From: Thecamonas trahens ATCC 50062
Lineage: Eukaryota; Protista; Apusomonadida
Direction: 5' to 3'
NCBI RefSeq assembly: GCF_000142905.1
Contig: NW_013657642.1
Span: forward strand, 290,551-354,550
Length of the DNA stretch: 64,000 bases
Shown: positions 63,991 to 64,000 of the stretch, piece by piece
Position numbering within the stretch: position 1 is the stretch's first letter
Layout: each line of letters starts with the position of its first letter
Position numbers and translations under genes: made by a program
The notes under the pieces: model-generated
What the model was told of the DNA's origin: nothing
Databases searched by the model: none
The model's input: only the letters and a program-made list of their open reading frames with translations

Positions 63991-64000
63991 GGGCACAGTG

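Noticed and set aside
1-64000. tRNA, rRNA, transposase or reverse transcriptase genes
   Set aside because: None recognised by eye; tRNAscan-SE, Infernal and HMM searches would be needed to exclude them.

Overview
This is GC-rich, very gene-dense eukaryotic (protist) genomic DNA with spliceosomal introns, three N-gaps and no prokaryotic operon, CRISPR, rRNA or tRNA signal. Gene content and style (GT3 glycogen synthase, PKD2, SIN1, Rh, G/C homopolymer tracts) suggest an Amorphea flagellate, possibly an apusomonad such as Thecamonas; this is inference only. About 28 protein-coding loci are recognisable, including OPLAH, SEC24, SIN1, Furry-like, BAR-PH, PKD2, PHF5A, two F-box proteins, DOHH, ADHFE1, Rh, TBL2, UEV/MMS2, GYS, ENT, RPS14 and HAGH. 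Highlights: (1) a TIR-NB-ARC-WD40 NLR-like gene with near-identical 171-bp WD repeats that vary at a few codons, the pattern of fungal HNWD non-self receptors; (2) a putatively mitochondrial fusion of a PheT-type tRNA-binding OB fold to an M32 carboxypeptidase; (3) two duplicated intronic box C/D snoRNAs downstream of RPS14 whose guide predicts the LSU P-loop Gm (E. coli G2251 equivalent); (4) an Atg29-like protein outside fungi; (5) an Rh protein lacking both pore histidines; (6) introns with GACTCAC-like branch points and no polypyrimidine tract; (7) a ~250-330 bp dispersed repeat, two copies of which flank a frameshifted MFS gene in inverted orientation. All family calls come from motif recognition by eye, not database searches.
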